64,000 nt of DNA from Podarcis vaucheri (taxonomy: Eukaryota): NCBI GenBank assembly GCA_965113315.1, contig OZ220364.1, one strand, 5' to 3'. The position numbers and the translations under genes are program-made. Under the pieces are notes generated by a model, which made no database searches, was not told where the DNA came from, and was given only the letters and a program-made list of their open reading frames with translations. Positions 11,971 to 23,071 of this stretch are shown in pieces. The first letter of the stretch is position 1. Each line of letters starts with the position of its first letter.

Positions 11971-13682
11971 AGAGGTAGTCTGTTGCTGGGTCCTATCTAC
12001 TTCTGCCTTTGATACAATCAAATAGTTATTTAGATCTGCACCAAATTGCTCCATCATAATCAAATAGTCATCATTCAATTGTTCCAATATGCATGCTGAA
12101 CACCTAAAAAACAGGGGTGGCTAACCTTGGGCCCTCCAGGGATTACTGACCTGCAGTGTCCATCATTCCTGAGCACTGGCCATGCTGGCTGGGGGCGCTG
12201 ATGGAGAGTTTGAGGCCAACAATATTTGGAGCATCCCTATCTTACAGAATATTCCCATTCATGAGGTGAATATTTTACTAGCACAAAGTGAATACATGTG
12301 GACTCTTTGCCTTCCTAGAAGAAAATAGTAAGGGATTTGTCATATCCATTCTGCCTGGAACTCCTGTGCGAGCAAGGCTTCCTTTGTGCCAAGCAGAACT
12401 CTAAGCATGCCATTGGGACATGTAGGATAAGCTTCTCCTAAGCTGAAGAAAGCTGGCAAGCCTTTAACAGACACAATAGATCTTCTGCATATGTAATTAG
12501 GACAATAGTTAGCTCAAATGGGCATTAGCACAATGTTGTACTAGGTGATTTTAACACCTATATTTTAGGCAATACAGTTAAAAATCACACCTAGCTTTGT
12601 GAAAAATGCTTCAGAGCTGAACACTGCTGAAAGCTGTATTAGTGGAACACACTGCACAGTTATATCTACACACATTGTGCTATTAACTGCCTGACAACTT
12701 GACTTAATCATTCAATTTGCTCCAGGTATTCAGAGTTCTGCATTTTGATGGTGTAAAGTGCACAATAATGGCTTTCATCATCAGATTCTTTCAGCTCTTT
12801 CATTTGGAAAAGCGAAACTAAGTTAAAAGCAAGAGACATATATAGGTGTGGCATTTTCTGAAATTAGTTAGACTACTAAAATTCTGGATTACTACAGTCT
12901 TCAAACAGGACTGAAGCAAGAAAAAGTATACATACACTTTTGCATTTTTAAAAATGTATGCCAGAAATCTGTGAAAAGCACAATAAGATTTTAAGTTGGA
13001 TACTCACTGGCAGTGTTTAACTAGATAGTTAGCAATGAAAAGTTTTTGGTTGTTTATGAACCAAAAACAGATCTTAGAATTTCTTTTTTAAAGAAACGTT
13101 ATTGGAGTTAGTGTGACTACAAAAACATGACTACAACTGAACTAAGCTTTAAGTGTCAATATGCAGCACCACTGCAAAGGACAAGCTGGCTGCAATCCTG
13201 TGGCGGGACTTACTCCCAGGTAAATGTAGAAACTCAGAACTGCACTGCTAAGCTCTTCAGTTTGACACAGGAGTAAATTTTATTGTTTTTATTTCAGAAG
13301 CAGTGCTATTCTCATACTCCTTAATTACACCTACGTTTACTAGAAGAGCATTTAAATATTCATTAATATACTTATTATAACAACTAAATATTAAAGATTT
13401 TTGCTTGTTTTTTTAAACAAGTGTTTGGATGGATTAAATGTTTTTGTATGGATTCTGTGCACAAATAAAAAATTAATGCAACTTCTCTTCATGGGTCTTA
13501 ACTCTTTAGTGTATTTGCAGTCAGTGTTAGAATTTCTGACATATAAATGTAGGTTACGGGCACCACAATGGAATGCCTAGGCTCCTTTTCCCCAGTTGAA
13601 TTTATTACTATTATTATTACTTAAATTTCTATACTGCTTTATATTCTAAAGAATGAAATGCAAAGCAGTTTACTACACATTA

Positions 13683-13908
13683 CAGTGGTACCTCGGGTTA
13701 CATACGCTTCAGGTTACAGACTCCGCTAACCCAGAAATAGTACTTCGGGTTAAGAACTTTGCTTCAGGATGAGAACGGAAATCGTGCTCCGGCGGCGCGG
13801 CGGCAACAGGAGGCCCCATAGGCTAAAGTGGTGCTTCAGGTTAAGAACAGTTTTAGGTTAAGAACGGACCTCCGGAACGAATTAAGTACTTAACCCGAGG
13901 TACCACTG
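13683..13908 (+). mobile_element. Tc1/mariner (Tigger-like) MITE, copy 1
   Basis: TA TSD, TIR CAGTGGTACCTCGGGTTA / TAACCCGAGGTACCACTG, internal GGTTAAGAAC repeats, CpGs retained. Confidence 0.92.
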
Positions 13909-14190
13909 TACTTAGTATGTCCTTGTGCACCCAGTGATTCAGCAAACAGTACGTGCTGGGCTGTCCCTGCAGGGAACACTTGTCTGGTACAATCCCTTCA
14001 TGTCACTTCAGATATGTATGCAAACAGATGGGAAATGTGAACACCGGAGTTGATAGTTTGAGGTCCCAATGTTTAGTTTCCCCCATGTACTTGCGTACTT
14101 GTCTCCCTTTTTACATATTGCAGAAACAACATGGTGCTGTGGAAATGCAGGGGTTGTCTGTAGCAGATTTTAGAAAATCTGAAAATACAC

Positions 14191-14367
14191 CAGTGTTAGA
14201 AACTAGCCAGGCAACAGGTTCATCTTGGCTTGGGTCCACTTGCGACCACATGGAGATCTCTGGATGCCAGGCTGGTGATTGGGGAAAGCAAAATGTCACT
14301 TAGAGAAGGACCTGAAATATTTTCCTTGAAGCTTGAATTTGTTTTATTCTGGATTGTTTTGTTTGAT
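14191..14367 (+). repeat. Dispersed repeat (hAT-like end), near-identical copy at 22161-22342
   Basis: Both copies share AGTGTTA.AAACTAGCCAGG...GGATGCCAGGCTGGTGATTGGGGAAAGCAAAATGTCACTTAGAGAAGGA...TTCCTTGAAGCTTGAATTTG. Confidence 0.85.
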
Positions 14368-14373
14368 GTTATA

Positions 14374-14577
14374 CAGTGGTACCACGGGTTAAGTACTTAA
14401 TTCGTTCCGGAGGTCCGTTCTTAACCTGAAGCATCACTTTAGCTAATGGGGCCTCCTGCCGCTGCCGCCAGAGCACGATTTCTGTTCTCATCCTGAAGCA
14501 AAGTTCTTAACCTGAGGTACTATTTCTGGGTTAGTGGAGTCTGTAACCTGAAGCGTATGTAACCTGAGGTACCACTG
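14374..14577 (-). mobile_element. Tc1/mariner MITE, copy 2 (inverted relative to copy 1)
   Basis: TA TSD and same TIR; the sequence is the reverse complement of 13683-13908 with small deletions. Confidence 0.92.
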
Positions 14578-14828
14578 TACATCAGCCTGCTGACTACAAC
14601 TGGGCTACTCCTATACAAAGACAGAACAAGCACACTGAGCTTCAAAAAATCTTGAATCCCCAGATTTTGATTTTTTTAAAAGATCCCGATAGGCACAAAT
14701 GGAGTACCAGCAATATAGAAGACACTTTTAAAATATTGAATTAGATGACTTCCTCCATTTCCTTCTCACCAATGTTCAACAGTGAACATAAGTAGCCTCC
14801 AAAAAGTTTTATATTGCAGGAATATTAC

Positions 14829-15682
14829 CTTCTCCGTTCAGCATCCTGAGGATCTGTTCCTGGTAAGCTGATAGTAATAGATGAAGGGGCACCAACATCA
14901 TAACGTTTCACTGTTTTTCGACAGACTTTCACTTTGACCAAGACGCTGTGCACAAGGTTGGCTAGCAAGCCAACCACTGGTTGTAGGATCTCAGGGAAAA
15001 ATGTGGCAAATGCAAAGTGGTCTGACATATCACCACGTCCTCGGCTGTGCCTCTGGTAAAAACGGAGATATATCCAACTGGAGAGGACTCCAAAACCATA
15101 AGAGGCCAAGACATTGCTTTCGATGAGGGTGGTCAATCTCAGAACTGCCAGAATCAGGAGCAAAAGCATGGGAACAACCTTCATCCGCACCTGAGGTACC
15201 TTCAAGACAGTACTGTCACCCATGGTCTGTTTGAGAGCCACCAAGACCCCACCAAGGAAGCCCAGCATGCCATAAATGCGAACGGTAAACAGGTAAGACA
15301 GATTGAATGATGCCATATAGGTGAGAAGATAAGCAAAGGCCCCCAAGAGCCCCACTGATACATTCACCACTGCAAAGAAGATCAAGAGCTCCAGGGCTCC
15401 CCATAGCGGCTCCAGCAGCCTCCCTGCCACCACTATAGTAGCCAGGCTCACACCTACATCCCAGATGTGTTGTTCCACCACACTGTGGGTTGCTAATGTC
15501 CAAATCCAAAAGTTGGGTGGGAAGAGAAACCCAGGCGTCACCCCGAGCCCATACACAGTGTCCACAGCAAAGGAGAGAAAGTAGAGAAAGATGACGATGG
15601 CACATATGGACTTCACCACGACACTGGTGCTGGCCAGAGCAGCCAAGAAGTGTTGCCGAGCTACTGGGAGGTATCTGTTCAT
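14829..15682 (-). CDS. TMEM115: Transmembrane protein 115 (Golgi rhomboid-like membrane protein), coding exon 1
   Basis: ATG at 15682 (aagATGa): MNRYLPVARQHF...PPNFWIWTLATH...RFYQRHSRGRGDM...LPGTDPQDAERR; donor AG|gtaata at 14828. Confidence 0.97.
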
Positions 15683-16880
15683 CTTTATACCCACAAGCCC
15701 TGCCCCACGCGTCAGGGTCCGAGGTCCAAGAGTCTTCGCTTTAGGGGCGAGGCGTTAAGGCGCTGGTGGTGGCCCGGAAAACCCCTTCTTTTCTTTAGCA
15801 CGGATTCGCGGTCGATTCCATCGCCGCCTTCCACGGATCGCACAAACGGAGGCGACAGCTGATTAAGCCACAGGCCGCTCTGTATGGAGGAGGAGGAGGA
15901 AGGAAAGGCGTTCTCCTTTTATCCGGCCTCGTCCCAAATGGGAAAAAACAGCAGCAGCCGCGCCCCACTTTCCTTTGCTTCCGAGCGGGGACCGCTGCAC
16001 CCTCTCCTCGCAGCACCCTCGGGCGGCCCCCTTAGCGGAGCGGAGCGAGAGAGGCGCTCGCTCCGGAGCTCACGGGACGGCCAAAGCGGAGGCGCAGCTC
16101 GCTCCCTCCCGCAGCCGAGCCCCTCGCAAGCCCCATTCAGCCCGCCGGCGGGGGCGGGGGCCGCTCAGGGAAGGCCTCACTTCGGCCTGCTCGCCGCCGG
16201 AAGCCGGAGCCTCGGCCGCTCTGGTTGAGGCCGACTCCCAGGAGCCTTCTCGCCGCCACTTCCCTCTTCCAGGCCAGCACTCCGCTCCTCGGAAGGGCTC
16301 CGCTCAGACGCAAACAAACAGCACGGCTGCGCACGCGTGGCTGTTCTATGAGCTGCGCGGGGCACGCCGGGAAATGGAGGCTCGGCCCTCGCGCGCGGCG
16401 GGCGCTGGCCGCGGCGAGAAGACTACGAATCCCAGCATGCATTGGGATGCGGGGTCTGCGCAGGGAAGCGCGGGAGTGCGGGCGGGGCGGGACAAAGAGG
16501 CACCTGAGAGACGGGGGCTTAGGAGGCGTCCCGGCTGCGAGGAAAGAGCGCGGCGGGGCAGGGCGCGGCTCTTGCGGCCCAAAGCGCAATGGTCGTTGGC
16601 GAGCAGATGAGGAAGCTAGTCAGGCCGCTGGGCGGAATGGCGGCGTCACCCGCAGGATCTCCTCCTCCTGTTTGCCTCGTCACAGTAACTTGTGCTTGGC
16701 AGAGGACCGAAATCATTGGCACGTGCCTGCAGGAATAGGGAGCCCGCCCTCCTGGGTGCGGGGTTGGCGGAGGGGCGCAGCCCTCGCCTCAGCATTTTTA
16801 GTCGCAAGTGAAATCCATTCCGTTTGGTTTAATGGCGCCGCCCTGGCGAGTAAAAGGCAGTATGCATTTCGTGGAAAGGG
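15650..16880. promoter_or_regulatory. CpG island / TMEM115 promoter and 5'UTR
   Basis: Very GC- and CpG-rich; GC box GGGCGGGG at 16480-16487, NRF1-like TGCGCACGCG at 16328-16337, ETS-like CCGGAAG at about 16197; no TATA box. Confidence 0.88.
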
Positions 16881-18163
16881 TGAGAACGAGAAACGAAGCC
16901 AAAGGTTGCAGGACTTTTTATTAAATGCACAGCTACAGCTGTGAATTTCCAATGCTTTGCTGGTGAATCCAGCCTTTAGCACGTCTGCGCTTCTGAAAAA
17001 GTAAAGCTGTGCACACTTGGGAGTCAGCCGAACTGAACTCGCGAAGACATACTGTAGTTCAGTGTAAACCTGCAGAGGATGAAGCTATAAACAGGTTCTG
17101 GCTTCAGAGAGGGTTAGTTCAAAGCTCTGATATACCCTTTCTATTTGTCATGAGAAAATTGGGAGGGATTCAGAATGGTGTGGAAAATGAGGCCCAGAAT
17201 TGATTTTCTGCTGTTACATCCTCTGTGTGATGAAGTTTCCATAGGGATATTCCCCTTTTTAAATAGATGCCCCTTACAGCGACATTTCAATTTGTGGTGG
17301 TTATGCAAGGCTCAGCCAAGTACAGTTACGGCCTGCACTTTGTTACATTCAGAGTTTAATTTTGAAAAAAGCTGGGCACTATCCAGCCAAGTTCAGGCAC
17401 TTAGGGCTACTGTCCTATAGACTCCGTTCATTTGGATATGCTTCTGTAGACATGCATAGAATTGGACTGGACATCGTACAAGTGGGAGAGTTAAGCAGTT
17501 GATCATGTTTCTGCTACAGAAATGAACAGGAAAATATACACTTTACAATGACTGCAATGTATGTGTTTAATTTCAGGAGCATTTGCTGTTATAATTTTCC
17601 ATTTCATATCATTCATTAGTAGTTAGAGCAATGTTACCAATTCAGGATAACTAGACAACTTTTTTAAAAAATTAAAAAAGCTCATTTATTTATAGCAAAG
17701 TAACTGAGGACAGAAGTACAAGCTAACCTAGTAAACATAGGAATGGAAGGAATGGTGAACAGGATAGGGTTGCTTAACACTTCCCCCAACTATAAATTCT
17801 CCCTGCAACTCTTCCCCCTTCAGTTTATGTGTGATGTCAAAGCTGACTGGGAGAAATTTTGGGGGGGAGGGTGTTGCAATGGAGCATTAGGTTACAGAAG
17901 AAAAGGTGAAACACCCTCTCTGATTCTCCCTTCTCCTGTATTAGTGTTATGAGGTAAACATAGGAACCCCATTTCTGTTTTGCAGTATGTAGTTTCTGTT
18001 TAAGTTTCATAAAGCTATTTTGTATTCCAATATGCCACCCTCTATTTCTCATGAAGGAATTCACTGGTGGATGTAATAATTACTAAAAAGTTTGTGTGCC
18101 AACAATGCAAAATGGAGTGTAGAACTTTGTTTCCCAAGTATGTGTGAGGTAAACCCTTTATGA

Positions 18164-19591
18164 CAGTGTTTCCCAACCTTTTTTGGGCAAAGGCACACTT
18201 GTTTCATGAAAAAAATCTCGAGGCACACCACCATTACAGCCCCGTGACGTCAGCGTGCAGCGTCACGCCGGGAGGGACATGAATTGCTAGCAAATTACAT
18301 AATCACCTCCTTGAGGGCTGGCTCATCTTCTCCGAAGGCAGAACCCCATTAATTAACAGCACAGACTCACACCATAGCCAAGACGAGGGGGGGCAACCTC
18401 AGTCATGCACAGTCATGCACATGTGGGGGCTAAATGAGGACGAAGACCGGGCAGAGAGCAGGGTTCAAATCACCCCACCTCGCCAGGACAATCCCTGGGT
18501 GCTCCCTTGGGCCACTCGCCTGACCCACCTCGCAGGGCTGTTGTTGCGAGGATAACACGGGGAGAACCACGCACGCCCCCGGGAGCTCCTTGGAGGGGAA
18601 AGCGGGCGATGAATGCAATGCACAAAATATATGAGAGGCGACCAGGTTTTGCAGGTGAGGGGCCCCCGCCAGCCTCCGCTTCCAACACCCGGCGCAACGC
18701 CGCCGAAGTTTCCCCCCGGGCTCAGCTCGGGGAGCAGCGCTGCTCCCCCCCGGCTCCCCTTCGCCCTCCCGGCTCTCTCTGCCGCCCACTGGGGACCCCC
18801 CTCACCTGCCAAGTCCGGAGCGCCGGTGGAAGTTGCATGCATGCATGCAGGGCGCCGCGTTGCCATTGCATTGCACTGCACTCCATGCAACGCCTGCACG
18901 CATGCATTGCCTTGCACGCCCGCCAAGGGGTCTCCCCGCGGTCCGATGCGTTCCCTCTGGCACGGATGCAGCATTTCAAAAATTAAAACCCCCCGACGCA
19001 GCCCTACCTGGGGGGGGGGCAGCCTCCGCCTCCGCCGCTCCGCCTCCGCGGGGATCCCCGGGCTCCATCCTGCCGCCCGATCTCCGCGGGGGCGCAGGCA
19101 GGCTGCGCGGGGTCTGCGCGGAAGAGCCCCTGCCCGCCCGGCCGCCGCCGCTGCGCTCATTCCATGGCCGGGAGAAGAGGGCTTCAAACAAAACGCCCGG
19201 CCCGCCAGGCCATGCTGGGAAACGTAGTTTGCGCACCCCGCGCGGGCGCGGAGCCCAAGGGCGAGGGGACTACGGATCCCGGCAGCCCCCGCGCCGGGGA
19301 CGAGGCCGGGTGCAGGGATGGAGGGACGGGTGGGCGAGCGAGTGAGTGAGTGGCAGCCGCCAAGCCTTGGCCGAGAGCCAGGAAGGGCCTCCCCGGAGGA
19401 GGAGGAGGTGGGAGGCGCAGAGCGGGAGGGAGGGAGGGAACCCCAGGGGTCATCTAGTGACGGCGCCCCAATCGAAAATTTGACTTTTTTTAAAAAAAAA
19501 ATCTTTCAATTTTTTAAATTTTTCCCGCGGCACACCAGGCAACATCTCGCGGCACACTAGTGTGCCGCGGAACAGTGGTTGGGAAACACTG
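18164..19591. mobile_element. Non-autonomous hAT (Charlie-like) element, 1428 bp, GC-rich cargo
   Basis: 15-bp perfect TIR CAGTGTTTCCCAACC / GGTTGGGAAACACTG; perfect 8-bp TSD CTTTATGA (18156-18163, 19592-19599); subterminal GGCACAC repeats; no transposase ORF. Confidence 0.93.
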
Positions 19592-21445
19592 CTTTATGAG
19601 ATAACTAGTAAAGTTGCTTGTAAGAAGAGATGGAAGGCTCTCTAGGTAGAGAATGCAAAGGCATAGGCGCAAAAGTACAAAGCCTCCTGCTTACTTTCTT
19701 ACAAACATGGAGTCTGGTCAGTAGCAAAAGTGATACATGACTTTGTTCTTTAGTGTCTAGAAACACACAGCAATACATGTGACATAAACAGAAATCAGCA
19801 AAGTGTAAGATGGACAGAATTGTAGGCCAGAGCCCATTTTGTCTGCAGAAGTTAATCTGCCATAATACAGTACTCTTTGTGGTTTTTGCTGCAAAAGACT
19901 CAGCTAAGAAACCAGTTTTTCTTCATTGTTTCTCCAAGGACTGGATAAGCCAGGATGCTACCAAGTAGCCAGCCCCACATATTGAGGTCTTTGCATATCT
20001 CTTGACTATGGCGTGTTCCTCTATGGGGAGATAATGTCTTCTCACACAACAGGAGAAAAGTGGCGATATTTTCTATGTCATAGCAAATATTCTATCTTGT
20101 GTGTGACATACCCTACAGCAGCCAGTGTTGTATAGGACTAAAGTGTGCGCTGGGGCTGACGTCATAATTCATAACATTTGCATAGCACTCTTCGAATGTT
20201 CAACACACCTTGTTTCATTATCATGCGTGCCATGCGTGGTTAAGGGGGACGGTGGCTGACAAGTGTGTGGACTTCAAAATGTGGTTTTATCACGGTGTCC
20301 TTGAATTCAGTATTTTTTTTTCTCATTTCGAATTTGCATTTCCTTCAGCATGTAATCATAAAGTAATATTAGTGAGGGTTGTAGCCAAAGAAGTCCCTCT
20401 CAGAATAGACCCATTAAAAGTGAAAAACCTGCATTAGTCATGTCTGTTAACTTGAATTGGTCTACTCTGAGTAGGACTAACTTGGATTACCACCCTTAGA
20501 TGCTTTGTTAGTCTATGTGGTGTGCAAACAGCTCTGCAGTCCACATCCTTCTGATTTAGCACCTCTTCTTCCAGTGTTTTAGTCATCACAATACAGTCCT
20601 AATTTAAAGTGGAATTGTGATCCAGTGAAATGAAAGAAACGATGGACCTAATTATGAATGCTTGTTAGTTGCAAACTTGATTGTGGATTAATTCCACTCA
20701 AGTTCTTTATAGACCTCAGTTACTAGCATTAACAAAATACTCAACAGCTGGTATGAGAAAATATTTTTGCAATTATCTTTTATCTGGGACTTGTTTCAGT
20801 GGCACCCTGCTCTCTTGACCACATACTTTGAAACCACAAAAATATTGTAGGCAATTGAATGTCGTGTCTCTTATTTTTATTTGTGTAGTGCAACAGTCTT
20901 CAGAGTTGCACACAGATGTCTAGGCACATGGGACATGCATCTTTCTTTGTAATGTGTGTCCAAACAGTTGACTTACTAATGGTTTGAGCAAGCTTGTCTC
21001 CAGGAGTTTTTGGATGAGATCAGTTTTGTACGTTTTTCATTGATTACACAGTTTTCAAACGTGTATGTTTTGTGTGTATGTGTGGCAGGATCAGGAAGGG
21101 TAGTTGAAATTCCAAAGCGCTAATAGCATCAGCTACACTACAAACACCATTCCACAAATACATGTCTGCATTATTTTGGTCTTTTTCAAAGTTTTATTAT
21201 ATTTTTCTGAATAGTCTTCTGTAAGGTTTGTGGTCTTCTGTAGAAGAGCTATTGCAATAGTACAAATCAAACACATACCCCTTTCCTTTCATTCTTGCAA
21301 ACACTATCAAAGCTGCTGTCATCCCATTATGATAATTAACTACCATTTTGCCAATAATATTGTTGTTTATCTGCATACTGCTTTTTGAATCAAAGTGACC
21401 CAAAACAGTAAACGGTTTAAAAAAAAAAGTTTAGTCTGCTTAGAC

Positions 21446-21626
21446 CAATGGTGTCCAGCTTTTTTCAAAGAGGGCCAGATTTGATGAAGTGAAGTTGTTG
21501 AGCTTTTTTTAGGACTGAAGTTGTTGAGGTGATTTTACCCCAGGAAATAAACTGCCACAGGGGCGGAATTAAACCGACTGGCGGGCTGGATTAGGCCCCT
21601 GAAAAAACAGACTTTGGACATGCCTG
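21446..21626. mobile_element. hAT MITE
   Basis: Ends CAATGGTGTCCA / TGGACATGCCTG; 8-bp TSD GCTTAGAC / ACTTAGAC (7 of 8 match). Confidence 0.7.
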
Positions 21627-21838
21627 ACTTAGACATAACCTGTACTGAACACAGTGGGATTTGCTTCTGAGTAAAGATACACAGGATTATACTGTTAATC
21701 TAGTTTGTTTTTTCACTTTGGAAGCTGTGCACACCCTCTGAAGCACACAGCTGTGTATATTTAAAAAGGGAGTGGAGGCACAGCTATTATTTCCATTGTG
21801 CTTGTCCTGTCTATTATGTGCAGAGAAGTTACCATGGC

Positions 21839-21866
21839 ATTATTATTATTATTATTATTATTATTA
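21839..21866. repeat. (ATT)n microsatellite
   Basis: Direct read. Confidence 0.9.
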
Positions 21867-22160
21867 AGCACCACGCAAAGCTGAAATGTAATTGGGGCAT
21901 GCTTTGACTTATGTAAGAAGGCCTCAATGTAGTGTGAATTGACAGAGCTGTCAATGTGCATAGGTTATTCTCAGGCTTCCTTATACCTAAATTCTGTGGC
22001 GGTTTGCTCTGATCTCTTAACTAGGCCTGTCTTTGACAATGTCAATTCACTTTCTGTCTCATTTTATTCCCATGCAGTTTCTTTCTCTTTTTATTGTTGA
22101 TCTCTATGTATTCATGATGTATTTGTTTTGTGCAAACAGTGAATGTGGGTAGCTAAAGGG

Positions 22161-22342
22161 AGTGTTACAAACTAGCCAGGCGACAGGTGCATTTTGCGAC
22201 AGGCAAGGGTCCACTTGCGACCACTTGGAGATCTCCGGATGCCAGGCTGGTGATTGGGGAAAGCAAAATGTCACTTAGAGAAGGATCTGAAATACTTTCC
22301 TTGAAGCTTGAATTTGTTTTTTTCTGGATTGTTTTATTTGAT
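22161..22342 (+). repeat. Dispersed repeat, copy of 14191-14367
   Basis: Direct sequence match; this copy retains more CpGs. Confidence 0.85.
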
Positions 22343-22493
22343 TTTTAAACCACTTTGAGATTCATTCATTAAAATATAAAGCATTATAGAAATGAACAAC
22401 AATAGTAAATTCCACCAGAAAAAAGGCGCCTAGACATTCCATTGTCGCAACCATAACCTAGGGTTAAGGTGCCATTTGGTGATTAGCTTTTTC

Positions 22494-23071
22494 GGGCTGG
22501 GCGATAATCAGCTTTTCAGCATTGTGGTGTTATCACCAGCTAAACATCATGGTCTAGCAGTATTCTGCAATGCTGAAAAAACAAGCTACATTAGCCTCAG
22601 CTCTCGAGGTGCCGGTGAAACTGCAGGAGCTGAGGCGGTTTCACCCCAGCGCCTCGTGGGCTGGGACAACGCAGCTTGTTGGCATGGCTTAGCTGGGGTG
22701 CAGAAGGGCTCCCAATCCCCAGCTGAGCTAGCCCCAGTGCACCCCTTGCTGGTGGGCAAGTGGGAGGAGCGTTGGGGCTCCTTTCCATGGTTCAACTGGG
22801 CGGGGAAGCAGTTTAAAGAAGCCAAGGGAGGACTAAGCTGCATCAGCCCAGCGATACAGCTTGCTCCTCCCTCTACGGTATGAGGGGCAGAGTGATAGTG
22901 GTTTCACCTGGCAATATATCACAGGTGAAACTACTGCTGCTCCCGAGTCCCTCTGCTACCAGCAGACAGATGTTGAAAGTGGTCCTGGTAGCAGAGGGAC
23001 TCAGGAGCGGTGGTGGTTTTACCCGTGATATACCACCGGCTGAAGCTGTATTGATACGTTTCCAAGGCCTA
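22494..23071. mobile_element. Decayed hAT-type non-autonomous element with internal inverted repeats
   Basis: Starts GGGCTGGGCGATA (hAT-Ac-like end), ends ...CCAAGGCCTA; GC-rich interior with a 48-bp hairpin. Confidence 0.45.

Noticed and set aside
15683-15694. TMEM115 start at the GTG given by the ORF track (MGIK extension)
   Set aside because: Homology to TMEM115 begins at the ATG at 15682, which has an adequate Kozak context.
15884-16944. Overlapping 100-240 aa ORFs in the CpG island
   Set aside because: Stop-poor GC-rich DNA gives Arg/Pro/Gly/Ala ORFs in all frames.
18430-19560. Long ORFs as a transposase or a second gene
   Set aside because: Low-complexity GC-driven ORFs with no DDE or BED motifs; the region is the cargo of a TIR/TSD-bounded element.
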